Positions 8,394 through 18,252 of a stretch of DNA of 64,000 nucleotides are shown here, piece after piece; positions within the stretch are counted from its first letter, which is position 1; every line of letters begins with the position of its first letter. The stretch comes from Promethearchaeota archaeon (GTDB taxonomy: Archaea; Asgardarchaeota; Lokiarchaeia; Sigyniarchaeales; SOKP01). The translations under genes were made by a program, and so were the position numbers. The notes beneath the pieces were generated by a model, which saw nothing but the letters and a program-made list of their open reading frames with translations, was not told where the DNA came from and did no database searches. The stretch is from assembly GCA_030599585.1 (NCBI GenBank), contig JAUVNS010000011.1:32001-96000 (forward strand), in the 5' to 3' direction.

Positions 8394-9356
8394 TTATATT
8401 CTACTATATTCTTTAAAACGCTCCGTAATTTCGTTTAAATACGGTAATGATGCTTGCGCTCCTTTTCGAGTAACTGATATAGAAGCAGCAGCCGATGCAT
8501 ATTTTACAGATGTTATTAAATTCTCGCCTTGGTTTAACATACTTGCTAATACGCCATTAAAACAATCACCAGCACCAACGGTATCGACTGCTTGAACTTT
8601 TAAGGCAGGAATAGCTGTAATTCTATCTTTTTTTGCATCATAGATTAAAGATCCCTTGCTCCCCAGTGTTGTTATGATTACATCCACGCCATATTCTGAA
8701 ATATCTCTGGAAGCCTGAATTATTCGTTCTTTTTTCTCACCTTTTAGATTTTTAAGGTTCAATAATGAATGTAAACGCAATAGTTCTCCCTCGTTAGGGA
8801 TTAAGATATCTACATTACTTAATATTGAATGACTAATAGGTTTTAAAGGCGCAGGATTAAGAATTTTTATACAGTTACCTTGAGCTGCCATTTTAAAAAT
8901 TTCTTCAATTGTTGCTGATGGTATTTCCATCTGAACAACTAAAGATTTCGCATTTCTAATAATCTCATTGTTTGCTTTAACATCATCAGGTGTTAAATTG
9001 AAATTAGCTCCTGGTGCTACGCTAATCATATTTTCACCAGTTTTATCGATCAAAATAAAGGCAACACCACTTGATTCGTGGGAATCCCTAACAATGTATT
9101 TAAGATTAATTCCTTCAGATTTCAATTGCGAAATCATTTGGTCTCCAAATGCGTCTGTCCCAATTTTGCCAATAAAAGTTGTTTTGGAACCAGACCTAGC
9201 AGAAGCAACTGCCTGATTCGCACCCTTTCCTCCTAAGAATTGCTTAAAAATACCTCCAGTTACCGTTTCTCCGGGATTTGGGAACCTTTCTGAGTAAATA
9301 TTTAAATCCATGTTGCTGGAGCCGACGATAAGAACATAGCGATCGAGATTTGACAT
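8394..9356 (-). CDS. rbsK: Ribokinase (PfkB family)
   Basis: GSSNMD, GGKGANQAVA, NPAP, PNEGE, DTVGAGDCFNG. Confidence 0.93.
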   Translation of the reverse strand: MSNLDRYVLIVGSSNMDLNIYSERFPNPGETVTGGIFKQFLGGKGANQAVASARSGSKTTFIGKIGTDAFGDQMISQLKSEGINLKYIVRDSHESSGVAFILIDKTGENMISVAPGANFNLTPDDVKANNEIIRNAKSLVVQMEIPSATIEEIFKMAAQGNCIKILNPAPLKPISHSILSNVDILIPNEGELLRLHSLLNLKNLKGEKKERIIQASRDISEYGVDVIITTLGSKGSLIYDAKKDRITAIPALKVQAVDTVGAGDCFNGVLASMLNQGENLITSVKYASAAASISVTRKGAQASLPYLNEITERFKEYSRI

Positions 9357-9579
9357 GGTTTCGCTTCTATAAAAACGATTCTTTAAATCATAATTTCTTT
9401 TATAATATCAAATTATGGATCATCACAATTAAAACCAAATGATCCTTAACGAATGGTTTTAATTTAATATAAATTTAAAAACAATAATAAGCAAAAGTAA
9501 CCTTGCTTGAATAAGCAATATAACCTAGCTTAAAAATATTAAAAAAAAAATACATCTGAAATTCATAAAGGTGTTTAAT

Positions 9580-9900
9580 ATGGCAAAAGATAAGATAATT
9601 GGAGCAGTCGTTATGATTCTTGGCATCCTAATCGCTATTATCTATACCATGGGAAGTGTCGTGGATTTATGGTTTGAAACGCTGGGTAAAAACCCAGATT
9701 GGGACCTTCCCTTCAGGTTTATATTTGGTATCGATTGGCTCGACTACAGATTATTTACCGTTCTACCGCTCTGGATTATGGTCCTTCTAATAGCGATAAT
9801 TGCTATTTGGATTGGTTACAGCATGCTCACTACTCCAGCACCCGTTCCATTAGAGGAATTGGAAGAGGAATTAGCTGCTGAAGAAGAATCTGGAGAGTAG
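9580..9900 (+). CDS. Small two-TM membrane protein, possibly DPM2-like
   Basis: Two hydrophobic helices, WIGYSMLTTPAP, acidic tail; ATG at 9580 preferred to GTG at 9571. Confidence 0.6.
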   Translation: MAKDKIIGAVVMILGILIAIIYTMGSVVDLWFETLGKNPDWDLPFRFIFGIDWLDYRLFTVLPLWIMVLLIAIIAIWIGYSMLTTPAPVPLEELEEELAAEEESGE

Positions 9901-9955
9901 AAAGAGAATTATTTACAATTTTTATTTTTTTTATTTTATTATTAAGGATATGATT

Positions 9956-10696
9956 CTAAAAGTTTAATTTCGTAAAGTTCGTGTCCAAATTTGCTAAGTT
10001 TATTTGAATTAGAGAATAATTAGGAATTTCTTTGGCGTTTTTAGTAAGGGGGGTTGTACTTACGATGATTTCGTTGCTATTTCGACTTATAAACAAAGTA
10101 TGGTGCCGACCGTTAAAATTCGTATTATGATTAGTGATCACATTACACGTCTGGGAATTGAAGAGAAAAGCGTTAGCACCGGCACCTATTTCAATTTTCT
10201 TGAAAACAAATTCCAACGCACTCTCTAAATCTTTTTTTTCTTGTATTTGGTCAATTATGGAACATAAATACTTTCGAGTATCTAAGCCTGTTTCCTTATA
10301 AATTCTATTCAATTTAGGAGTATTTAGTTTTTTTTCAGGAAAATTTTTAATTATGCCGTTATGAGTAATTAGGTACTTCTCACCAATGTCTATAGGGTGT
10401 ACGTTTTCAAATTTCCTTTTCCAAGGTAGAGTTTTCCTTGCGTGAACTAAAAGAAATCGAGTTTTAATTTTGGTAAGGCTTTTCCAATCAGCGTGGTAAA
10501 TTGGGTTAATATCACGCTTAATTACGAGTTCATTATTATTTTCTGAGAGATAAGCAAACCCCCAACCTAGGCTATGATGTCCAAATATGTCATACCTCCT
10601 AAAATAGCGCCAGTGACATGTTGCAAGAAAGCGTTTTAGAATTGTGTAATCGATATTGAATGGCTCAAGAGAGCACTTAAAGAACATGCGACACAT
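9956..10696 (-). CDS. Class II glutamine amidotransferase-like (YafJ/EgtC-type Ntn hydrolase)
   Basis: N-terminal MCRM, GWGFAY, HARK, NVHP, THNGII. Confidence 0.85.
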   Translation of the reverse strand: MCRMFFKCSLEPFNIDYTILKRFLATCHWRYFRRYDIFGHHSLGWGFAYLSENNNELVIKRDINPIYHADWKSLTKIKTRFLLVHARKTLPWKRKFENVHPIDIGEKYLITHNGIIKNFPEKKLNTPKLNRIYKETGLDTRKYLCSIIDQIQEKKDLESALEFVFKKIEIGAGANAFLFNSQTCNVITNHNTNFNGRHHTLFISRNSNEIIVSTTPLTKNAKEIPNYSLIQINLANLDTNFTKLNF

Positions 10697-10734
10697 AATC
10701 TATCCTTTAGATGTAATATATTTGTATATCAAAA

Positions 10735-11856
10735 TTAATTCTCACCTAAAAAGTACGCGAATAAAGAACCGTCGTCGTGACAAGTTATTAGAGTTTTGGT
10801 ATCTAAATCGAATTTTGCGTCATTAACACAAGATTCCTTTTTAATTTCTGCTAGGATTTTACCAGTAGTATCTTCAATGAGTAGTGTTTTTCCCCTAGTT
10901 GTACCAATTATAAAAAATTTATGTCCTTTAAAGATAATGTGTGATACTGTTTCCACATTTACGTTAGTGATTTCCCAAATAATTACTAAATCTTGGTTGA
11001 AACACATCATTTTAGAATTTAACTCGAGATCATCGATGTTTATCAAACTATCAAAAAAATCAAAAGAGTATGTGCTAACAAGTAGATTATAATTATTCAT
11101 AGATTCAAATTGAGAACATTTCCACACGTACTCTTGGCATTGAACTGTTTTTATTTCATCGTGAGACCTTTTTTCAATGAAGTGAAGCATCTTATCGTCT
11201 CCTCCACACACAATAAATTCGTTTGTATTTGATATAAAGAGGGAAACGCATCGAATTTTATCAGTGAATCGCTTAAACCACGATAAGGCGCCGTTAATTC
11301 CTTTAAATATTCTAACTGTACCATCATTTCCCGTAGCAATTACTTCTTTCAGAGTGGGTTCTGAAGGATCTTGCCAAACTATAGCGTCCCCAATTCCATC
11401 CTCAAACAATTGTCCCCAAATTAAGGATCCATCTAAAGGATTTAAAACTCTCAAACTTTTGTCTATTGAGTACGCAATGATTTCATTCAGCTTATCATTA
11501 TTTATATCAAATAATAAAAATCCACTAATAGATGCTCCAAATTGATGTTTCCAAAATATTTCCAATTCGTAGGAGGTATTACATTTAAAAACCCTTAATA
11601 ATCCGTCCAATCCGGCTAAAATTGTTTCATTTTTATTGTCATTATCTATATCTTCCACTTCTACTTTCCAAATTGATGATTTTTCCGTTATTTTTTTATC
11701 TGCTAAAACTTTTCCGGTTAAAGAAAGAATCAAAAGTCTACCTGATTTTGAAGCTGCTATAATTTCATTTTGACCATTATTATTCACATCTCCAATTTCA
11801 ATTTGTAGAATAGGTTCTTCAATTTGAAAATGCCACTTTTCTTCTAAATCAATCAT
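10735..11856 (-). CDS. Beta-propeller protein with FG-GAP-like DxD/NxD loops
   Basis: GDVNNNGQNEII, DIDNDNKNETI, DINNDKLNEII, plus WD-like GxDGxxRxF blades. Confidence 0.8.
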   Translation of the reverse strand: MIDLEEKWHFQIEEPILQIEIGDVNNNGQNEIIAASKSGRLLILSLTGKVLADKKITEKSSIWKVEVEDIDNDNKNETILAGLDGLLRVFKCNTSYELEIFWKHQFGASISGFLLFDINNDKLNEIIAYSIDKSLRVLNPLDGSLIWGQLFEDGIGDAIVWQDPSEPTLKEVIATGNDGTVRIFKGINGALSWFKRFTDKIRCVSLFISNTNEFIVCGGDDKMLHFIEKRSHDEIKTVQCQEYVWKCSQFESMNNYNLLVSTYSFDFFDSLINIDDLELNSKMMCFNQDLVIIWEITNVNVETVSHIIFKGHKFFIIGTTRGKTLLIEDTTGKILAEIKKESCVNDAKFDLDTKTLITCHDDGSLFAYFLGEN

Positions 11857-11996
11857 TTGTATATTCTTTGATTTATTATTGCTTAATTATTCCAAAATAT
11901 CGATATAATCAATTATGATAAATAAGATATAATTATAAATAAAAATAAATTAATTTCTATTTAATTACTTAAATTTCGGTTTAAAAGTGATATAAT

Positions 11997-12419
11997 ATGT
12001 CAGAAGAAAGAAATATAGATCCTTTTTCGTTATTGATTTTAGTTCTTAGTATCATCGCAATTGTAACGGAACTAATAGGTCCCTTCGCAGGTTTCTACTT
12101 AGGTAGTGGAAACTATAGATATTCGTGTTTGGATTGTGAATATAGTACAGGTGTTGACATAATACTTCAATACATAATTCTAATACTACTAGTGATTCAA
12201 GTAATCATTGTTTTGAACGAATTGCTACCTAGTAAGTTCATTCCTTTGGATGTTAACAAGTACGGCATGTTTTTGGCAATTTTAACATGGATCTTTGCTG
12301 TTATTGGACTTGCCTCTTTTGGAATAACCTATGGTAATTATGAATGGTGGCCCGAATTAGGCTTTTATGGAATCGTAGTCGGTGGACTTCTTAAAATAAA
12401 TAATTCTTTTTTTTTTTAA
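11997..12419 (+). CDS. Hypothetical membrane protein (about 4 TM, CxxC in the first loop)
   Basis: Hydrophobic segments; YSCLDCEY. Confidence 0.65.
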   Translation: MSEERNIDPFSLLILVLSIIAIVTELIGPFAGFYLGSGNYRYSCLDCEYSTGVDIILQYIILILLVIQVIIVLNELLPSKFIPLDVNKYGMFLAILTWIFAVIGLASFGITYGNYEWWPELGFYGIVVGGLLKINNSFFF

Positions 12420-12525
12420 TCGGCAAATTAAAATCTTTTACACAATTCTCATAAACAAAGGTAATTATTTTATCAATTCGATAATTACTAAATTACGAAA
12501 AAAAATAGATAAGGAGTCGAAAACA

Positions 12526-12723
12526 ATGAGCTTTCAAATCAAGCTAAATTTAGATGGTTGCACTGGTTGTGGAACTTGCTACGAAGTCTGCCCAAGTGAA
12601 TGTTTCGGGGAACCAGAAGGCGGAAAGGTAAATATAATCGATGACAATAGAGATGATTGTGTCGGTTGCCGAGCATGTGAAACCCAGTGTCCCGAAGAAG
12701 TAATCGAGATTATTGAGGAATAA
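12526..12723 (+). CDS. 2x[4Fe-4S] ferredoxin
   Basis: CTGCGTCYEVCP and CVGCRACETQCP; AGGAG upstream. Confidence 0.95.
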   Translation: MSFQIKLNLDGCTGCGTCYEVCPSECFGEPEGGKVNIIDDNRDDCVGCRACETQCPEEVIEIIEE

Positions 12724-12754
12724 GTATTACAAAACCTCTTAGATATTTTAGCGC

Positions 12755-12767
12755 TTTTTTTTTTTTT
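12755..12767 (+). terminator. Oligo-T archaeal terminator candidate after the ferredoxin
   Basis: Run of 13 T about 30 nt after the stop codon. Confidence 0.5.
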
Positions 12768-12965
12768 AATTATTTTACATTACTTTTAACTTATTTATTT
12801 GATATTGTACTGCTTTTTTAAGGAATAAGATCGTGAAACCGGCCTTTCACGAAAATTTGTATATATTACAGAAATATGCTAAGATATATCGGTGTAATAC
12901 ATTCTAAATGAAAAATAATTTTTATAGAAGCATAGGAAGAATAAAAAAAGATGTAAGGTTATCGA

Positions 12966-14252
12966 TTATAAGTCAGCGCAGAGAAAAACAATGAGTTCCT
13001 TTATGTAAGTTTTGACTTCTTTAAATCTAATATTTTCGTTTACTGCGTGGTTACCAGAACCAGCATTTCCTACTCCATGAAAGATAATATCTTTAGTATT
13101 TAGAATTTCAGAGACATAACCCATATCACTACTTCCAGCCAATCCGATCGCCATTATTTTATTTTCTGATACTTTTTGGACTTCCATCATAACTTTCTTC
13201 ATCCGAGTTATATCGGGAGCGTTTATATCTGCAATCATAGGTGGGTAATCGTAAATAAAAGTAGTTTTAACATCTAGTAACTTGCTTTTTTCTTTTCCTC
13301 TTTCAATCGCTTCAGAAATTTCTTTCTTAACATCTTCGAGATTTTCGTCAGGGATTACTCTTCGGTTAATAGTTAAAGTACATAAACCCGGTACGATATT
13401 CGTTTTAGTTCCTGAATGTATAATGTCTAGGTTGAACATGGGTGTCATATTACGATTTTCGCCCGTTCCAAATCTAGGGAATCCTGGAATGTTTTTACTT
13501 TCGCGAGCTTCGACAATTTTTTTTAATTTCATTAATTCTACTAAGATTGTAACAGTTTCTTCTAACGCATTTATTCCTAAAAAGTTCATTCCAGAATGGC
13601 AACTTCTTCCAAAAGATTCAACTATAACATTTAAGGCCCCCGCTGTTCCGATAGGGATTATTGGATTAATTACACCTTCCATACAAAACACCGTTCCTTT
13701 AACGTATCCTTTTTCTGCAAGATATCGAATTCCGGGCCATACACCGATTTCTTCGTCAGTACAATTCATTACATTGATATTATATTTTGGCGTTAATTTT
13801 AGTTCTTCAATTATGTTAAGAGGTAAAATCAGACAGACCATAGCACCTTTCATGTCAGAAGTTCCCCGACCATATATCTTTCCACTATTAATCATAGTTG
13901 CTTCAAATGGTGGGAAACGCCATTTTTTTTCTCCATCATTCGGAGCTGGTACAACATCCATGTGTCCATAAAAGCTGATATCTTTATCTCGTCCGAAATC
14001 TTTTGTAGCAACAAGATTAATCCGAGGTCCTTCTAAAGGATATGGCATCAGTTTTACCAATTCTTCTGGTATAACAACTTCTTCTAACGAGTAATTTAAA
14101 TTTCTGAAAAAGGGGATTAAAGCATCCACATATTGGCGATATGCATTTCCAGGGGGGACTGAAGTATTAATATTGATAAAAGTTCTCATAACGCTCATTA
14201 CTTTTTCCCTATCTAAATTATCTACGGTGTTATAAATTTGCTCTAGGTTCAT
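12966..14252 (-). CDS. M20 family metallopeptidase (ArgE/DapE-like)
   Basis: GHMDVVP, YGRGTSDMKG, DEE, NHAVNE. Confidence 0.92.
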   Translation of the reverse strand: MNLEQIYNTVDNLDREKVMSVMRTFININTSVPPGNAYRQYVDALIPFFRNLNYSLEEVVIPEELVKLMPYPLEGPRINLVATKDFGRDKDISFYGHMDVVPAPNDGEKKWRFPPFEATMINSGKIYGRGTSDMKGAMVCLILPLNIIEELKLTPKYNINVMNCTDEEIGVWPGIRYLAEKGYVKGTVFCMEGVINPIIPIGTAGALNVIVESFGRSCHSGMNFLGINALEETVTILVELMKLKKIVEARESKNIPGFPRFGTGENRNMTPMFNLDIIHSGTKTNIVPGLCTLTINRRVIPDENLEDVKKEISEAIERGKEKSKLLDVKTTFIYDYPPMIADINAPDITRMKKVMMEVQKVSENKIMAIGLAGSSDMGYVSEILNTKDIIFHGVGNAGSGNHAVNENIRFKEVKTYIKELIVFLCADL

Positions 14253-14342
14253 AATCTTAAATTCCCTTAAATTAGAATATATATTGAAAAATAAGTAATG
14301 GAATAAAATATTTCTGAATGAAAATTTTACTTAACACACAAT

Positions 14343-15452
14343 TTACCAAAGTAAAATTTTTCCACAATTTTTGCACGTACCTTCGTTAATTTGTATGTTG
14401 AGACAATTTTCGTGATATGTAGTACCACACGATTGGCATTTATAAATTTTCCCTGTGTATTCGCCATAATCGTATCCACAATAACTACATTTATCTCCAA
14501 ATGAGAAGTCAGAGCCATTTACATCAACTTCAACTATTTGGGCCGTACCCGTTAAACCCATATTTGAACTAGAGGGATTTAAATATTGATCATTTTGTGC
14601 ATAAGAGGTTTGCTGTTGAGGTTGAGTGTAAGTTTGAGGTTGTTCCCAATCTGAAACATACCCTTTAGCAGGTTTTTTTGCAATTCCCATTTTGGTAGAT
14701 ACTTTTTCATCTAATATATTGGTTAAAATTAAGGCTGAAGCGTATTTACCTTTTGCTCCTCCTTTCTGTAAGTGCGTATGGGAAATTATATGAATAACAC
14801 GCCCTCCTGCGTTCCCATGATCAAAATAACACAATACAGGACCCTCGCCCCATTTCTTTTGTATCTGATAAGACTGGATTAGGACACGAACTGCAGGACT
14901 AAGAACCTGAATAGGAAAAGACCTATTTTCAAGCCACCACTTAAATTCAGCTTTCTTTGTATCTTTAGCTGTCTTTTTTTGCCATTTAGCTTGTGATATT
15001 TCGCTTAATACACCGTCTAAGAAAGGATGATCGGGTTCAACAATTTGACACGCCACGACAGCATCAGCAGTCTTTTGTCCGTTCCACCGAATATAACCGG
15101 GAAAAATATTTTCAACTATATGTTTTATTGCCCAATCAGTCGTTATTAACCAACCTCCTTTTAGAGACACAAACTCACTGATTTTTGGGAAAGCTGAATG
15201 CGGAATTTTGTCCCCCGGGCATCCGATCAAAACAACATCGTAATCGCTTAAATTATGTTTCATTATATCATTTGGTTTAATAGTTATATGTTTTGCGGCA
15301 TACATGTGATCTATCACCTTTCTAGGGCGTTCGTAGCGACCTTCAACCGCAAGGATTCTACCGTGCTTCTCAACCGCTTTTACAACATCTTTTTTACCAA
15401 GTGCTTCCATTTTGCGCCGTTTAACCTCGGAATAAAGATCCTTTTCACTCAA
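14343..15452 (-). CDS. GATase-like-fold protein with C-terminal C4HC3 (PHD/RING-variant) zinc finger
   Basis: YDVVLIGCPG...EFVSLKGGWLITTDW; Gln-rich linker; C-x2-C-x13-C-x2-C-x4-H-x2-C-x9-C-x2-C. Confidence 0.7.
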   Translation of the reverse strand: MSEKDLYSEVKRRKMEALGKKDVVKAVEKHGRILAVEGRYERPRKVIDHMYAAKHITIKPNDIMKHNLSDYDVVLIGCPGDKIPHSAFPKISEFVSLKGGWLITTDWAIKHIVENIFPGYIRWNGQKTADAVVACQIVEPDHPFLDGVLSEISQAKWQKKTAKDTKKAEFKWWLENRSFPIQVLSPAVRVLIQSYQIQKKWGEGPVLCYFDHGNAGGRVIHIISHTHLQKGGAKGKYASALILTNILDEKVSTKMGIAKKPAKGYVSDWEQPQTYTQPQQQTSYAQNDQYLNPSSSNMGLTGTAQIVEVDVNGSDFSFGDKCSYCGYDYGEYTGKIYKCQSCGTTYHENCLNIQINEGTCKNCGKILLW

Positions 15453-15550
15453 TTTTATCCACTATTACAATTGTTATAAGTAATTAAATATTATTTTGTA
15501 TAAGTAATAAAAAATAATTCATATTAATATTTGCATTGGAAGCGATAATT

Positions 15551-17050
15551 ATGGAAGATTTAAAAGATTTTGGCGAACCTTCGGAATTTTGGCAATATTT
15601 TTACGAAATAACTAAAATTCCTCGATGTTCGACCCATGAAGATAAGATTAGAGAATATATTAGAGAGGAAGCTGAGAAATTGGGCTATCAAACTGAAATT
15701 GATGCAATTAAAAATTTAGTTGTTCGAATTCCTTCAAGCAGAGACTCTGGAGGTAATAAAATAGGAGTTGTCCTACAAAGCCACATGGATATGGTGTGTG
15801 AAAAAAATGAAAATATACACCACGATTTTTCAATAGATCCTTTAAAATTAAAGACGATTGAAATTGATAACGAAAAATGGTTAACTGCTGAAGGTACGAC
15901 ATTGGGAGCGGATAATGGAGTTGGTATTGCATATCAGCTTGCGATTATGAAAAAAATACATGATGGAAGCCTAAATTTTGATGACCTTGATCTAGATTTA
16001 TTCTTCACTGTTGATGAGGAGAGAGGACTTTCTGGAGCAAGTCAAATGGATAAAAATTTGATAAGTGGAAAATATTTGTTAAATCTTGATTCAGAAGAAG
16101 ACGACAGATTTACTATTGGATGTGCTGGAGGAAGAGTCTTTAGAGCGGAAGTAAATTGCGAGAAAAAATTAATAAGCAACCCAAATTTAAGAGCGGTAAA
16201 AATCTCCATCTCGGGGCTATTTGGTGGGCATTCAGGGACAGATATAAACAAAAATAGAGGGAACGCTTTAAAAATATTAACTGAAATAATTTGGAAATTA
16301 AACTCGAACTTTAATATTTTACTTAATTCCCTAGAAGGAGGAAACTTAACTAATGCGATTCCTAGGGAGGCTCATGCTATTTTCTTTATAGAACAGAGCC
16401 AAAAGAATGAACTTGAAACATTTTTAGAAGATTTAATCCCTAAAATTAAGATTCTTTATGAAGGAACAGATTCGAACTTAAATATTTCAATATATCTACT
16501 GAAAGATTTCACTGATAAAACAACATTTTCAAAGGATTTCCAAAATAAATTAGTTGATCTCTTTTATTTAATGCCAAATGGACCTATTTCTTTACACCCT
16601 ACAAGTGTAGGCTTAGTGCATACATCACTGAATTTTGCAGTAGTGCACACTTTGGAAAACAAAATCGAATTCAAAGTTAGTACTCGAAGTTTAACGCAAT
16701 ATGATAAAGATACTTTATTTGAGAAGCTAAAGTTACTCTTAAAAACATCTGGGTTAGACATAAACATTGAGATAATTACTCTCTATCCAAGTTGGCCACC
16801 AATTTTTGATTCAAAGTTAACTGAAATATCTAAGCAAGTGTATAAAAATACTTTTAATGAAGATGTAATTATCCAGGCGATTCATGCCGGATTGGAATGT
16901 GCTTTTTTTAGCCATTATTATCCTGATATGGAGATGATTTCATTAGGCCCAGATGTACTTGGCGGTCATTCTCCCGACGAGAGGCTAAACATAAGAAGCG
17001 TATCGAAAATATGGAAATTTCTTTTGGCTTTGCTCAAAAATTTAGCTTAA
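15551..17050 (+). CDS. pepD: Aminoacyl-histidine dipeptidase (M20C)
   Basis: LQSHMDMVCEK, GTTLGADNGVG, TVDEE, NLDSEE, GGHSG, IHAGLEC, HSPDE; ATG at 15551 preferred. Confidence 0.93.
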   Translation: MEDLKDFGEPSEFWQYFYEITKIPRCSTHEDKIREYIREEAEKLGYQTEIDAIKNLVVRIPSSRDSGGNKIGVVLQSHMDMVCEKNENIHHDFSIDPLKLKTIEIDNEKWLTAEGTTLGADNGVGIAYQLAIMKKIHDGSLNFDDLDLDLFFTVDEERGLSGASQMDKNLISGKYLLNLDSEEDDRFTIGCAGGRVFRAEVNCEKKLISNPNLRAVKISISGLFGGHSGTDINKNRGNALKILTEIIWKLNSNFNILLNSLEGGNLTNAIPREAHAIFFIEQSQKNELETFLEDLIPKIKILYEGTDSNLNISIYLLKDFTDKTTFSKDFQNKLVDLFYLMPNGPISLHPTSVGLVHTSLNFAVVHTLENKIEFKVSTRSLTQYDKDTLFEKLKLLLKTSGLDINIEIITLYPSWPPIFDSKLTEISKQVYKNTFNEDVIIQAIHAGLECAFFSHYYPDMEMISLGPDVLGGHSPDERLNIRSVSKIWKFLLALLKNLA

Positions 17051-17134
17051 TTTAACGAATAATAAATTCTTTTATGACAAAATTTTAATTTAAAAAAAAT
17101 TTATAAATCAAAGTAAAGAAATTTCGAGATTGCT

Positions 17135-17665
17135 ATGCAAGAGGAAAGAAGAAATAAAACGAAAGCAGCTAAAGATGAAGTATTAGGCTCGGAGACTGTA
17201 TTTGAAAAAATTAGAGGTAGAACTCCATGGGTTTTTGGCAACGCATTCAGAAAACCAAAGATTTTGTCCCCAAAATTAAAAATAACCAGAAGGGGAATTC
17301 CTCTTCCAGGTAAATCTCTCGCAGTAATAGGAGTTTACATTATTCTTTTCCTTTTGCAGACTGGAATAGTTTATATAGTATTTAGAGAAGTTCCTGCTTT
17401 GGGTACTAATCCATCAGATGGTACTCCCATGTTTCTATATCCTGATATAAACGAGTCGTTCATAATCGAAGGTATAGTTGCTTCCATTTTTATTTTTTTG
17501 TGTTCTATTGGCTTTATTTTGTTATACCAAGCATCCAAATTCGTATACAATAAGAGTGTAGCAGTTAGATATTTAGCCGTAGGTATTCTTCTTATATTGG
17601 CTTCCTTTATTACATTACAGGCAATGATTACGATTAAACTAGGTCAAAAATTATTTAATGTGTAA
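17135..17665 (+). CDS. Oligosaccharyltransferase subunit, OSTC/DC2 (OST3/OST6 TM region)-like
   Basis: Three TMs; GIVYIV...PALG...INESFIIEGIVASIFIFLCSIGFILL resembles the OSTC/OST3 Q(Y/F)xxEG motif. Confidence 0.75.
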   Translation: MQEERRNKTKAAKDEVLGSETVFEKIRGRTPWVFGNAFRKPKILSPKLKITRRGIPLPGKSLAVIGVYIILFLLQTGIVYIVFREVPALGTNPSDGTPMFLYPDINESFIIEGIVASIFIFLCSIGFILLYQASKFVYNKSVAVRYLAVGILLILASFITLQAMITIKLGQKLFNV

Positions 17666-17850
17666 TAAAATTTGTGTATTGGAGGATCTTTCTATTTATC
17701 TAGTCACGAGAGTGTAAATTAGCAGTCAATAGATAGGTTGTTGATTATATAAATTCTAAACTTCTAAAAAATTTAAAATTCCTCGTAGATAGAAGTATAA
17801 ATAAAAAAAATAAAAATTAGTTAAATATCTTTTAAGCTTTAAAATTTAAT

Positions 17851-18252
17851 TTAACTGAGGGATGCAATAAAGGAATTATAAGCGGCTTCATCCAATAAAT
17901 TACCTTTCTCGGCATCCCAATTGGAAGCGTTAATCTTAAATAACCAAGCAGTAAGCGCATTTTCGTTTATTTTTTCAGGTTCGTCCATTAAATCGCTATT
18001 TACCGCACTAACTGTACCTGATACAGGACAATAAACATCTCCAACTGCTTTGCTTGATTCCACTGTAGCGTCGATAGGGTCTGAGGAAGGTTCGCCTCCA
18101 TCCATCGTTACTTGAGAAAGTTCAGCACCTTCAAGGGCATCTACATCCACAAACGAAATTTCACCTAATTGCTCAGCGGCATAAGGAGTAAGTCCTACTT
18201 CACCAGTTTCATCATTATACCATTGATGGGTTTTAGTATACCAAATTGCCAT
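17851..18252 (-). CDS. gcvH: Glycine cleavage system H protein
   Basis: YTKTHQW, GLTPYAAEQLGEI, VESSKAV (lipoyl Lys), PVSGTV, PEKIN. Confidence 0.9.
   Translation of the reverse strand: MAIWYTKTHQWYNDETGEVGLTPYAAEQLGEISFVDVDALEGAELSQVTMDGGEPSSDPIDATVESSKAVGDVYCPVSGTVSAVNSDLMDEPEKINENALTAWLFKINASNWDAEKGNLLDEAAYNSFIASLS

Noticed and set aside
13282-13971. 229-aa plus-strand ORF and the other short antisense or nested ORFs in the track
   Set aside because: They lie opposite or within well-supported genes and have the Ser/Phe/Ile-rich composition of shadow frames.
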